This document shows, piece after piece, positions 17,155 through 30,371 of a DNA stretch of 64,000 nt (position 1 is its first letter; every line of letters starts with the position of its first letter). Source of the stretch: Tubulanus polymorphus (taxonomy: Eukaryota > Animalia > Nemertea); contig NC_134025.1 in the NCBI RefSeq assembly GCF_964204645.1, positions 9,424,001 through 9,488,000 of the forward strand, given 5' to 3'. A program made the position numbers and the translations under genes. The notes under the pieces were generated by a model. The model worked only from the letters and a program-made list of their open reading frames with translations, made no database searches and was not told the DNA's origin.

Positions 17155-20100
17155 CTAACTGTAAGGAAAATTCTCTGCCCGTCTTAGGCTTCGATCGTCC
17201 GAAGTGACAAATTTAGGCGCTTGCATATGAAAAACCGGACAAATAACGTCAATTGTTTTTCCTGGAAAAAAGTGCCATACGGTTAATTGAGCAATATTAT
17301 AGTAATGATCTATTATAGACTGAGGAATGATTTCATTGTTGCTATATTTATCTTACCAGTGCGTATGTGCTTCATCGTAAAATGGCCTCTCATGTTTCCA
17401 TAGGATGTTGAAAATCTCGTTGAACTTATCCACGAATGTTTACTTCCCGGTCTCATAATAGGGTACTCCCCTAGAATATTAAGAAATAAATTCATTGGTA
17501 AAAAGTTTAAATAAATTCAGCTTGCCTCGTATTCGCTAAGGCAGGGAAGGATTTAAGCCAGTGCCACGAATTTGGCCAAACAAGTACAGTAGGGCGGGTG
17601 TACAGTAACAGGGTTCTTACGGGTTTTGGAAAGTCTTGGAAAGTTTTGGAAAATGGGAATTTTTTAACCCTTTGGAAAAGCTATGGACATTTTTTTTTCT
17701 ATGGCCGTGGAAAAGGTATGGAAAATCAGAAAATTGTCTCAAAATAAAATTTTCCATGTTTAAATCTTTATAAACTAGCTATATCCCTAAATGTCTCTCC
17801 TGTGATAACAAACTTAATGAAAACTCTTTGTTCATGGTATTGATAAATTATTATTTACCTATTTACTTTGAATGGGCCTGCATTGCCTGTTCTAGGTTGG
17901 TGATATGTAACTTAGGGGTGTGGAAAATTTATAATCTGGCTATGGAAAAGTTATGGAAAATAAAATTGGGAACCCATAAGAACCCTGAGTTCAAATAGAA
18001 AATAAAATTGGGAACCGTAATAGAATCATAAATTATTTCTTACCTACAACTCCTGGACCATCGACTACCTCTTTGACATCATTTTCATCTATGATTTCCC
18101 AATGTCTGGTTTCTAATTGCCATACCTCCTCTTTTGGCGCGTTATCAGCCATATGTAACCTACAGCAAAAACAAATATCAATAGCAACAACACGCAAGCA
18201 TTTTGGCACAGTCATTTGCCACAAGTTTTTTTCAAATTGGCTTGACCATGAAACACTATGAAAAGTTAGTGACACTGTATAATCAAACTCAACTGTCCGT
18301 GAGAATGTGAAAATAGCAACTAATTAAAACTTCATTTTGTGAATGCAAGACCGGTGTTGTCTAGTTTTTTGTTGTACTCACGTGATGAAATAAGCGTGAC
18401 AGAATGTCGACTCCGCAATCGAACTATATTCCGGCATAAAACAAGTCGCTACAGTAACCGTAATGAAATTTGTTGTCCAAGTACAGCTTGGTTCCTTGAG
18501 AAATCTAAAGGCACAAAAACAAATATTTGACATGCCTTTTCTCCAGTATAAAGAGAATTCCTGATCAATTAGTGGGCTTACTTATATATATGTTCATCCA
18601 GCACTGGATAGAGCTTGGCTTCCAAATTGTCAGCATGACTACACAACCATTCAGTGAAGGAGTTTGCTGGAAAAAAATGCATTCATTCAATTATGGATGA
18701 CTCCAGAATGCATGAAATTTCATCATTTTTAACATATAAGGAAATCCACTTCCACTAGTATACAGAAAAACCTGCTAATGCCAAATCATTTGGTAAACGC
18801 ACAATGCATTGTAATAAATAGTATGTATTTTCAATGTACAAAAAATCTGGATTATACTGATTTAAATCAAGCCGGTGTTTGTCTCCTACGTTTAGTGAAC
18901 CTTACCCATTATAAAACAGTCATAGCTTATATCGAGTTCAGGAGTTACTCCTAATGGAAGATTTCCGACGACAGGATCAGGATGAACAACCATTCCGATG
19001 TCTATGCCGCTTTCATCGTTGATCGATATGAACTGTGAATCGTAATGAGCGGTACATATCGTCAACGCGATGAATCCATCCAGATCCCGATACATCTTAA
19101 ACCAACAAGAACAAAAACTGTTAGCGTACAAGTTTACGAATTCCAGTAGGTAACAAATATGATTTAGATTCTTTGGGGTACAAATAAACAAATAGAGGAC
19201 AATAATGCAGTGCAATATAAAACAATAGATTAAAATTAAAATTTTCCACTCTGAGCCATCCAAAATTCTGCTACATGTATTCCAGATAATTTTCAGAGTG
19301 CTTTTCTTGTTTCCTTTCCACAAAGTAGTTAATTCCAAAAATCAATCTACAGTGCACAATGCAGAAATGTGAGACACAAGATTTCATCTCAATGCATTGC
19401 ATTTTTACTGTTTGAAATGCAATCGTGTGCTTATTTCAGAGATATATATATATATACCTGATACTGATTTGTGGCCTCATTTAAATCAAAGAGATGATCC
19501 GAACTGAAGTTATTATTGAAGTAATAATCTCCTTCCTGGAATAACTGCATGTAACTCGTTTTCGTTCCCATCAACCTGAGCACAAAAACACATAAAATGA
19601 AAACAAACAATGATAGGGTTATTCAGTACATATTTATATTCAATTATTATTATATTTAATTTATCGGGCATCTCCGTATACAAATACAAGATCGTTATAA
19701 TTAAAAAGTTAATCTTTAACATACATACCCAGCAAATACAAATTGATTTGTATTACAACAGATCTCTTGACCATTGTGTATACGATAAGAGCATCGTAGA
19801 TCTTCCGGTAAATTGCATTGTAATTTTTCCTCAATTTCTGCCAATTGTGTTTCAGACAATCCCTCTATTGATGAAAAATAAATTGGTATTATCAAATCAA
19901 ATGAATTTAAAGTGGCATATACCTCAGCAACTATTCTTCTTATAATTTTCAGTTAACAGTTAAGTAGTAGTCTTATATGAAGAAAAGACAAAATGGCTTA
20001 CTATTCAATGTCCTATGAATAACTGGGCAATTCTCTTTCGTAAATTCTTCAATTTTCTTCCATGCCCTACGTATCTTCCTGTAAACATCTTTATATCTTC

Positions 20101-20857
20101 CGAATTGTTCGTATATACTATAAAAGTGCTGTTTCCAAGATTTACCTTCGGGACAACTGAAAATACAGTGGAATACTATGATGATGGATGAATACTGCTG
20201 ATCGAAATTTCGAGACCCTCCAAATTGTGCCCAATTGGTCTTACCATTCATCTAACCAATAGTACTTGCATAGTTTTTTCCAAAAGAAATTGTCATCCGC
20301 TATATCTTGAAGCATCTTGCATGTTTGGCCCAAACTGTGAATATGATAAATTAATTTGATTAATTGATTGACGACATAATTTAATCCTTCCAGTGTGTCA
20401 ACACGGCATGGCAGAGGGCATGGTATCTCATAGCATACATCTGAAAGATTACTGGATAGCTTCATTTATGGCCGGGGCCCGGGCCGGGTTGACAGAAGCA
20501 GCAGGGTTTATCATTTCAGGTCTAAACTAAAGATGACAACATAGCTTCCGTAAAGACATTCCAAAAGGAAAAACATTGAAAGCAACCCAACTCTATACTG
20601 GGGGATATCCGATATTTTGCAAGATCGACTATTCAGTTTCACAATAGGTCTACAAAATCATTCAATAAAATCAGATTTGCCTTTGTTGTTGGAATTCACA
20701 GGCGACAGCTTAAATTCTCTCGACATTCCACATAACATAAACGATAAATAGATGGACGATACCTTTTGAGATCTGGGTAGTCTAAATAACGGCATATGTG
20801 CAATACGGCTTCGTGCGGAAGGTCTAAAATGCTAGTAGAAAAACAATCGGAATCCAT
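17155..20857 (-). CDS. FBXO3: F-box only protein 3 (F-box + SMI1/KNR4 + ApaG domain), about 442 aa
   Basis: Phase-consistent exons: 20857-20763, 20334-20245, 20156-20002, 19864-19729, 19575-19458, 19095-18906, 18666-18582, 18504-18382, 18159-18044, 17470-17357, 17261-17155 (TAG); 1329 nt. F-box LDLPHEAVLHICRYLDYPDL...WKKLCKYYW; SMI1/KNR4 LPEDLRCSYRIHNGQ; SFTEWL; ApaG QLETRHWEI...VDGPGVVGEYPIMRPG...FSTSYGNMRGHFT. Confidence 0.93.
17609..17987. mobile_element. MITE family A, copy 2 (FBXO3 intron)
   Basis: Begins cagggttcttacgggtt and ends aacccataagaaccctg. Shares internal blocks with 42-466 (e.g. cattgcctgttctaggttg, gatatgtaacttaggg). Confidence 0.8.
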
Positions 20858-22713
20858 CTCTACTTCAGCTGTCAAATACTGTTAATTGCTTCCACCAGCA
20901 GCTGGCGCCATCTCGACTTGATCGGCGTAGTCTGTGCATTTTTGCGTGTGTTTTGCATGTGTTTGTTTGTTTTCGCTATACCTCTAAAATCATTAAGTCC
21001 ATGAAACGTTTATCAATTTCGGTTCGTTTGTTTCTGTACAGGCCTTTTGTATAAAAGGTTATACGAATTTTGACAATAAAGCTTTATTGAATTGAATTGT
21101 TGAATATAAACACACCAGGGCCACACGTGCATCTCGTTTCGAAGAAGCTCGTCTTACAGTTCAACATATTTTAATCAGAAAAGTAGGTGGATAATATAAA
21201 TTGTTGACCTAATTATGTCTGATCATTTGGTTTGATTGTTTTCTGTTTCAGAAAATATTTCATTCCACTTGTCATGTCTTGTAACGGGGATTTTCTATCG
21301 TAAAACTTAAATAATTGTTAAACTTTTCATTTCAATCAATGTCAATACAAATTAAATTATATTTGGTTTCGATTTATATCATCGAATTTAATGCTATCGT
21401 GTTAGAGATTTTGGATACGGTCTTAATTACGTTTCAATTGATTTTTCAATGCAATTATTGACACAGGTAAATTCAAACCTACTTACCACAATCAGGTAAC
21501 TTAACTTTCTCTTCAAAAGGTTTTTTTAAGGGGTTATTAATAAAATGAGTGGTAATTTTTAAACAATGATTTGGCATCAAAAGATGATAATCAAAGTTGC
21601 ATGGATAGAATAATTTCCCTATTTAGATAGTATTCATTTATCAGTGTCATTAAACTTGTGCACTGACTGGTCCAGCTTCTGTCCATTTCACTTTTGAATT
21701 TCGACTAGTTCTGACATAGATTATATTTTTAGATTTATTTCAAACATGTTGATGTTTCCCTGAATGATTTATTAAGGGAAATTGATATATAGCCCGGGCC
21801 AATACGTAGTTCTGTACTTTGTAACGTATTGAAATTTCACTTTTAAGTCACTTGTTGAATTCAAATGGAAATTCATATAATAATTGTCACTTATGATTGG
21901 AGTTGTGAAAATGGTTTTAATTAAACCGAGTGTTGGTCTATCTTAGTCCGTCAGACCGGATCCTCTTTCAGTACCGCATCTCCTTCACTTAAAGCCAGTT
22001 TGATGTTTAGTCATTTGATCACGCAATATATGATATTTAATCTTTATTCATTCAAATTGATTGGGACGGATTCTATATCTATTAGGCCTATATGAAAATT
22101 AGTTGACGACCAGCTGAACAAATATAACTTCAATTTTTGCATGACGTCCTTAGTTTTCGTGAAAGGGATATGATTTTTCGATTTTTATAACGATGCCGTT
22201 TTCTTTCGCGACAATACCGAATAATCTTGCCTAGTAAATGTAAAAGGTGGGATGAATGACGATCGGGTTTAATTCCGGGAATAGTACCAACCAGATGAAG
22301 TCTTGTAACGTTAGTTCGGTGGTCGTGTTCCCCGCTGGCATTGTCAGCATTGTCGTATAGCTTTCAATAATTGAAGTTGTGTATCTGTGAAAAGAAAACT
22401 TCAAAACGCGTAAATAATTACGCTTTTGTGTCGGGTAAAAATTGCTCATTTCTTTTGACGGAAAAAACCCCTCCGACAGTGCACTTCGCCTGACTATATA
22501 GTAGGCCTATAATGAACTCGGGCTGTCGATTTTCAATCAGTGTTGTTGAAAGTTTTTTTCTTTTCAAATAATGTCCAGTCCGAATTGAATGAAACACAAA
22601 ATGGACCTTTAAACGGCCGGAAGGTGATCGGATTTTGACCTATTTGGTATTTCTCGTCTGTCATTCGGGGAAACTGAATTAATCAAGCATTATGGGCAGT
22701 CTATGTGGCGCAT

Positions 22714-22800
22714 TCAGTCGAAATAGCCGGTCATTCATTCACAAGTCTGCGCGCATAATACATCTGTCTGTCCAATCAACCTCTTTCCTGCTTAATACAG
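22714..22800 (+). promoter_or_regulatory. Candidate distal non-coding first exon of CELF
   Basis: Initiator-like TCAGTC at 22714, then an ATG-free segment ending in a strong donor cag|gtatgt at 22801. Roughly coincides with the start of the CpG-rich domain. Confidence 0.3.
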
Positions 22801-25800
22801 GTATGTGTTCTAATCATCATTTGTCATGAAATACCTATCATAATCTATGGTTGATAATTAAAGCATTAATTTAAGCCTTCTGTTGTTCATGTCTTGGTTT
22901 AATCAGCAACTGTAGAATATGTATCGGCTATGGGCTATCTATAATTACATAATGACATAGAAAAGAAGAAAATCAAATGTTGCAATACAATAGAACTTGC
23001 TTAATTCGGTGAAACATTCGGTCCATTTTACCTGGATCTGTGTAAACTATTATTCATAATTCGGATTTTACTTAATTCGAAGAAATCAGGGCAGTCCCTA
23101 GTCATCTGAAATTAAAATATTTCTACCATATCTTAAGACTTCTCGATGTGACTATGATATTTTTGCCTCCTTTACTAAGCCTTATGATACGAAAATATGA
23201 AGAGCCAAGGACTTGTTTCTCGACTCATCTATCAACAGAGCCTTGAAATATGATTCCACTTCATAATTCAAGTCATGATCTACTTGAGCTCGAGGATGAA
23301 GGATGTTAATTCTGATATTCAACTCTGAAATATTCGATTTCGAGGCCGATTCAGCGTGTTGCACGCGGCGATCTTCAACGTTTCGTTTTTGAAATGTTCA
23401 CATGAATTAAGCCGATCGTTCTCTTCCTTGTTTCGGTTATTAAATCTGAGATCGTGATTCGACTGCCTGAGTACCAGAGACTCGGAAGAACCGCGAGGAG
23501 GGTCTTCGGCCCTCGACGTTTCTAGGCAATCTATTATGAATCTATTCACGTGTGTAATTGAAATATTAGCGCCGTAGTTCCTGGTAGTTCCTATCCCTCG
23601 GTTTAACGTCGGTTGCCGCGGTGAAACTTGTTTTTCCAATCGCTCGAAATCGTTACTTTCGTCATTGAAGCCTTTACGATAATTACCGATTGCGCCGCCG
23701 TCGCTGCACCATAGATTTCAATAAAAATGCTTAACGTGCACAAACATATCTGGGTGTTGCCAGATTTATCGTATTAATTCCTGAATCAATTCCGCTCTGA
23801 ATACGTACGTGTTCATTTCATCAACGAATACAGTTTTCAGTCGATAAGTTCGAGCTAGGTGGCACTATTGTCCTGTTTTGAAATACGAAATGAACTTTTG
23901 ACGATGATAAATGTCAATTTTCATGTTCGGGAAATGAAATGGCTCGCTTTGATCTTAATGGCAAGAGGGATGAAGAATCTTCTGGATTTTTTTTTCATGT
24001 TAAACCGATGCGGTTTTGTGTTATGAAGTGAAGTGAAAAGTTTCATTCTATTCAGAGCAAGAATTTCCCCCTTTTCTATTACACAGTGATCATACGTTGT
24101 TGTGTCTTAGTACGCGCGTGTAGGCTGGTTTCGTCGCCAAAGCCGGTATCCGCCGTGAAATAATAATGGCCGACATAAATGGATGTTTCCTGTAATTTAT
24201 TTGGATGAAATCAATGATGTGAAATGGACGATGATAATCTAGATCATTCATCGCTAGGCGCTATCTCGTGTGCGTGGTTGGCTTCTGCCTCCACCCACCT
24301 GTTGACTACGAGCAAAATTAGCCTGGAGGGCACGTCCTGTTTCCATGACTACCGGTTAAGCTTCCATTTAAGTTTGTCATCCTTTGATTTTCACGCACGC
24401 GCTTACGATCCCCCCATCCCCTCCCCACAAAATGATCCACAGTTCGTTAGCGCATCATTGAAGATGACAGTCTTCACAGGGGACAAGTGACCGGTTTCCA
24501 TGATTCGAAATCTAGCACGCTATGTTTGATGTAATTAAAGTATATTCTACTATAGTGTCGAAAGTGATATATTTGATGAAAATGGTTCGACACGAAAGAT
24601 TTCTTATGTATTCCCTGAGTGCTTTTATCGCTCTGCTTCATGAAAATAAGGCTGAGCATATCGACCCCAATAAGACCATTCTTGCTTGTTATAGATTGCT
24701 TATGAAAACTCGGCCTAAAGAATAGGCGTGTTTTTCTTTAATCCTGTTTATACTAGTAATAAGGGAAGAGTCTTGCTCAGAGGATTTGCGCCTGATTGTG
24801 GTCGGAAGCCTTTAATCAAAGAACATACACATCATCTCTCCCTTCCGGCTGCTATCGGAATCTGGGATGATATTATCAAGCGATGCTACTGGCAGAGGTA
24901 AAAACTGTGTCCATGCTGAGAAACGAAAGCATCGAGCGAGTGCAGCAAAGCAACAGCGATTAACGAAAGGTATAATCTCTGGGAGTATTAGACAGTACAT
25001 GTAGTATGTACCTCAATGCATAGAACATTGAATTTGGGTGAGTGTATAATAACTGATGACATTGTCTCTCGAAAAACGTTTCAAGAATGTATCTTAGCTT
25101 ATTATATGGTTACTCGACTCAGGACACATGTTTTCTACTAGGTCTAGGTTACATGATCAAATTTGAACGGCACCGGTGATGTTTTTTTTTTAAACGAATG
25201 TGGGGAAGCAGGTTTGAATATTCTATATCCAGTACAGATCGTGGGTCAAAAACTAATCAATCGTAGCGCATTGTCGGAAGCGAGCTATATGTATCCAATA
25301 TAGCGCCTTCCAAGTTGTCTGTGACTGCTAATGTTGATGATGGATTGGTTAGATCATATGGCTTCATTTACTTAGGATATTAAGTAAGCATTAAATTGTG
25401 ATTAGGTCATGATTTTGTAATTGGCATCGTTATTAGCGATGAGGGAGATATTTTGTACGAATTCTAAAAACTCTGTTACGCGGCATTCGTAATCCGGCGT
25501 CCAAAAATATGAGATTTTTCTCCCGGTTTTTAAATCTGTGTAGTCTAGTCTGGTCTAGTAGAAGATTCTGTAGGTATCTGGGTTACTGGAGTATAATTAC
25601 CATTCTTTCAAAGTTGTCTGGCTTGTTAAATGTCTATAACCTCATGATATATATCTATAAGTACACAGAGCCTGCTACTCATTTGGCTCTTCTGCGCATA
25701 GATATTTGATCGGAGAATTACAATTTCATTTAGGCTTAATCAAGTTATTAGAAAGACATAACGGTGAGTATTTTGGGTTACGCATTACATCACGAAATCC

Positions 25801-26475
25801 ATTAACTATTTGAACGTTTTTCTCTCAATGTATTTCAATGAAAGGGGTTCTCAAGTGACATTTCAGTTTCCGATTTTGGCGAAGGCGGGTCAGGTAGTGC
25901 CAGGTACTGCGGAACAAAACGGAATGATGTATATTATCATGCATTGTCGTGAACATTTGTCTTCGTTTTGCCATCGTAAAATCCTGATAGTCAGATTTGT
26001 GATATTAAACATTCATGCTAACACATATTAAACATTCATGCTAATGGAAGACTCGCGTGAAACCGCTCAGATGATAGACTTGGATTGTCGCTGAAAGCCA
26101 TATTCATTTGCTGAGACTGGTATTTATGAAAAAAAAGCACTTTTCCGGATGATGTATTAACCTAGAAGATGTTTTTTTTCTCCAAATGCTGCGTGGGCTG
26201 GTTTTATTTTCTTACCTTTTAGAGGATATGTATATAAATTCATTGGATAGGGTTAACTACGAATGTAAATATCGAGAGATAATTTTCAACCTTGTATGGA
26301 TATATAATTCATCATGTAGGTGGAGAGATGATAAATCTAACTCGTTCGTTCAGTACTGATACACATGAGAGAATATAAAGTTTCCCCTACATCATCACAA
26401 TTATCATCACACCGGTTCTGCCTCCTCAGTAGCAGTGTATCCTTGGGAGGCAATCAGTCCTTCAGCAATCACCAG

Positions 26476-26598
26476 GGCCCGGTTTTATAGACTGGTATTA
26501 CCTTCAACCCGGGGGCTTACTCAATTGATAAGGAATTGAGTAAGCCCCCCCCCCCCCCCCCCCCCGGGTTAGAGGTAATACCAGTATAAAACCGGGCC
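26476..26598. mobile_element. Palindromic MITE family B copy with an expanded poly-C arm
   Basis: cag|ggcccggttttatagactgg...ccagtataaaaccgggcc|cag. Confidence 0.85.
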
Positions 26599-26617
26599 CA
26601 GGTTGCCTGGACTTTTG

Positions 26618-26764
<147 letters not shown>

Positions 26765-28784
26765 TGCAAAGGTCATCGTTTATGGACTGATGGTCTTGAT
26801 TTATTTCATCCCTAGATTTTTGGCTTCATATAGAAAACACAACAATTTCATAGACTATGAGGTAGCCTATTTCATTCGCGAAATGGATTCTTAGCCACAA
26901 GTGGTTCGTACTTCATTTTTCTCAAGAAAACGTCTTTGAAATTGGAACATGAATGATGAAAGATAATCGATGAAAATTTACATGGCGGAATGTTTATTAG
27001 TGCAACCGAAATGGATAATGGATCAATTTGCAACGTGAAGCCGGTTTAAAAATAGACCTTTTATCCTCAAAATCTGCTAGGTAGGCAATTCTAATGCATG
27101 AGAAACTTGGAGATGCCTGAAGCTTGCTTTGATTCGATAAAAAATGGCTCTCGCTCGCGATTATTAATTCCGCTTTACTCGGAATCTCATGTATGTTGAA
27201 TATCGTTGATAATATTCCACGATGATCTAACTGGATCAAGAACTAATAATTGATTAATAATTAGAGATTTTGCCGGGTCGGATTGCATTGAAACGCGTCG
27301 AGTGAGCTGCTAATTCTTCTCAACAGTAACAAATCCGTCGACGATCGATCGGAAATTAAATTTCGACTCTGTTCTGAACTGGATATCTGGGTTTTATCGC
27401 TTCGATCGAAACTCTCGTTTCTCTTTTACGATGACTATCTTCCGTCATCTCGAGGGTCACACGTGAAGTCTACACGATGACACTTAACGTCGTCGTCCGA
27501 CGCGACTTGTGTCGTCTGTAAGGGTTTTTACAGCTGGAACCGCATGTTTTCGTACGCTCGTTAATTGCGTTTCGTTCGGTTTCGACTTTTCGCGCGTTTA
27601 TTTACATAATATTTCTTTTTGAAAAAAATCGGCGCCGTAAGTGAATTCAGCGGGCGATCAAAACTATTATCATCGACTGAACGAACCCTCGAGCGAGCGG
27701 TTGTCAAAAGTCTGCGATTGCGTTTCGTTGATACGGTCGATTATCGACGTTTAACGGAACTATTTTCAGAACCGCCCAGATTTTTAAGAAGGCGCCACCT
27801 ATAGCTGTGAGCGTTGTCATTGATGATATCTATGACGTATTCGTATTTATAGCAGCCTATATAAACATACCCGGCCGTGTAGAAACTAGTGACATTGCAT
27901 CGCGTGATGTCGCAGGATGCAACGTCGTCGTCGAGCTGCATCCGTAACAGTAGCATCAGTATATTCTGCATTTATTGATCAGTTTGTAAATGATGATTTC
28001 ACCCGTCATGTATAGTGGTATCGTTGTTGTTGTCGTAGTAGAGTTGTGCTGATGTAAAGAAGCTGACTAAGGTGTGCACACATGCATGGAAGAAAAACCC
28101 GATGGAAGATGAATGCCTCTTTATCTCGATTCTTATGTATGACTTCCCCCATCTGTTGCTCAGAAAGCTAAAAGACCCGATTGCTGTCCCTCCTTATCGA
28201 CTGTGCGACCTAATAGACATGATTGGCAAACCTTTATTTATGAAGGATATCTCTTTATTAGGCTTCATTTCATTCTATCATTGTCAGTTCAGATTATGAC
28301 TTTCTCTAACTACCCATCCAAAAGCGTGACGATTCTCGTTATCGTTTTTTGAAATAAAAATCGAACTCGAGAATTTTCAGTAGTGTTGTCGCCGTTTTGA
28401 AAATCGGCCGCGACTGCCGCTGCGATGGGAATAAAAACTGGAACTGCAGTATTCAATTTAACACGGTTGCCGACTTATCGGTGATTGATGAGAATTTGCT
28501 CTTTTCACATGCCGATAAAGAGGGATACAAATCATACTGAAGACACATCCGTTGCATCACGCCGTACTACGGGTTTTGCATTACAAATTTCGCAGTCGTT
28601 TTCACGTCATCTGATATCGACACATGTTAGGTTTTGTTGGTACTTACTACCTGTTTTTGCTTTTTTTAAACATCTGCTAATTGATTACCTGGCTTCCATG
28701 GGACCCTTGTTCTCTGTCTATCTTTCACCTACTTAGCTTCATTAATAGTGAGTCGATCTTGATGAAACGTGTTTACGTTGTTAG

Positions 28785-28990
28785 TATGGGGGTCTAGTTG
28801 AGCAGTGCAATGAATGGGCCTATTGCGCCGCCTAGATGCAGAACTAGGCACTAGAACGCATCAGATTTTCGAGCCTGAGCCCGAGAACCGTTGTCATCTG
28901 TGTCACCATGGCTTGTTTGAAAAGCTCCCTCAGGAAATTTGAACGCTGTTGTGGTAGGGTCCCCTGTGACAGATATTAGCACTTATATCA
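28785..28990. mobile_element. Possible degenerate SINE 3' fragment
   Basis: More GC-balanced block (gcagtgcaatgaatgggcctattgcgccgcctag...gctccctcagga...agcactta) reminiscent of SINE 3' domains. No clear A/B boxes seen. Confidence 0.25.
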
Positions 28991-30340
28991 TGGCTTCTGG
29001 CTACTGACTGGTTTCTATCTTGGACTCTAAGTTTCTATAGTATTAAAATCTTTTTGAAAAAAAAAACTATTTGCCTGGTAATGATATTCAGCATCATAGA
29101 AAAGTTGTCACAGGATTACAAGCAACAAGTTTTTATCGTATTGAGCTCTTTGTCGAGTTTACAGATTTTTCACAAAAACCCATTAATTTTTGCACGGATT
29201 CGTGACTCTTCTTACATAATACACTCATTTCCAGTAGTTCAGGTTCAGTTGGTGACTTGCCTGGAGACAGATTGAGCTTCATCTTCTCCTGAGACGCCGT
29301 TCATAATTCTCGTTCGATATATCTTGTTAGTAACCGATCGGTTACCTCGAAATGCAAGTACTCACGGGCTTTCCGTTTCGATTTAGCCACGGTTCACGGG
29401 TTCGTTCGGCCCCCCGAATCAATTTTCTTTCCGCTTTTTTTTTTCACGGCGTCTCGCGAGATTTATGAATTTAATCAGATTTCGACGCGACGCGCAAAGA
29501 TCGTCACCTCGTGAAACGGTGGCTTCTCCCTCCATTAGGTCGTGATTCGATTCAACGCGGCGATCTCTTCGGTGAAGTCTGATAAAACTCCCCACAGGTA
29601 CTTCGGATTTTCTTATGCCTTCAAAGCTAAAACGAGGTATACTCGGCTTTCTACGGTTTCCGTAGATTAGGCTGTTCGGTATTTTTATCTCGACCGTTTG
29701 TGGATACATTTTCCGAAAATAATCAAAACTGTAAGGCATCATTTTCGTTTTGTTTTTTATCTCGAAACCATTACGTTGTCTCCACACGCCTAAATAACTC
29801 GTATTGGTCTAGGTCATCCGATTCATGAATTTTCCAAAAAAAAATTCTTAACTTTTGCTTTTTGTTATGATAGAATTTTCGTATAAATTTCATTATGTGG
29901 TGATGGTCACGATTTCTCTGGCTCTAAATTCCAAGTATTATGACATAATAGAAATTTGTATTTCCATATAGTCCTCTCTATGGCTCAGTAACAGTTTTAG
30001 ATGCAATGAATGTGTTGCCAAATGAAATGACGTACAGAAATTTCACCGCGTCCTCAATCGGGGAAGTTTGTTCGCCTGGGGGCTTCATTTAAAAAAAACC
30101 TTGAATATCGAGTAGAAGAATTGCTTCTCCGCACGGAAAATATTTAGACTGGTGAGATCTTCATTCTCGAATCGATAGTAATATTGTGCGTGTATGCGCG
30201 TGTACATCCGATCCAGCTGGCTTCGCTTTCGCCCGATAGCGCTCTCTTATGCATCCACCCTTATTGATTCTTCATAATTCCAACATGCTAACTGCATCAT
30301 TTTAGCTGAATCCTCATTGGAGCGCGCATATATTTTTCAG

Positions 30341-30371
30341 TTGTTGCATCGCAGAGCGAGCGCACAGTGAG
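30341..30371 (+). other. Candidate 31-nt upstream CELF exon (micro-exon or very short first exon)
   Basis: tatttttcag|ttgttgcatcgcagagcgagcgcacagtgag|gtaagg. Strong acceptor (also an Inr-like TCAGTT) and strong donor. Open in the frame (xVASQSERTV-S) that joins exon 51582. Confidence 0.4.

Noticed and set aside
29419-29787. 122-aa minus-strand ORF (and similar 100-130 aa ORFs at 42379, 49088, 57107, 60484, 60958)
   Set aside because: No motifs and non-ATG or weak starts. Lengths are compatible with chance.
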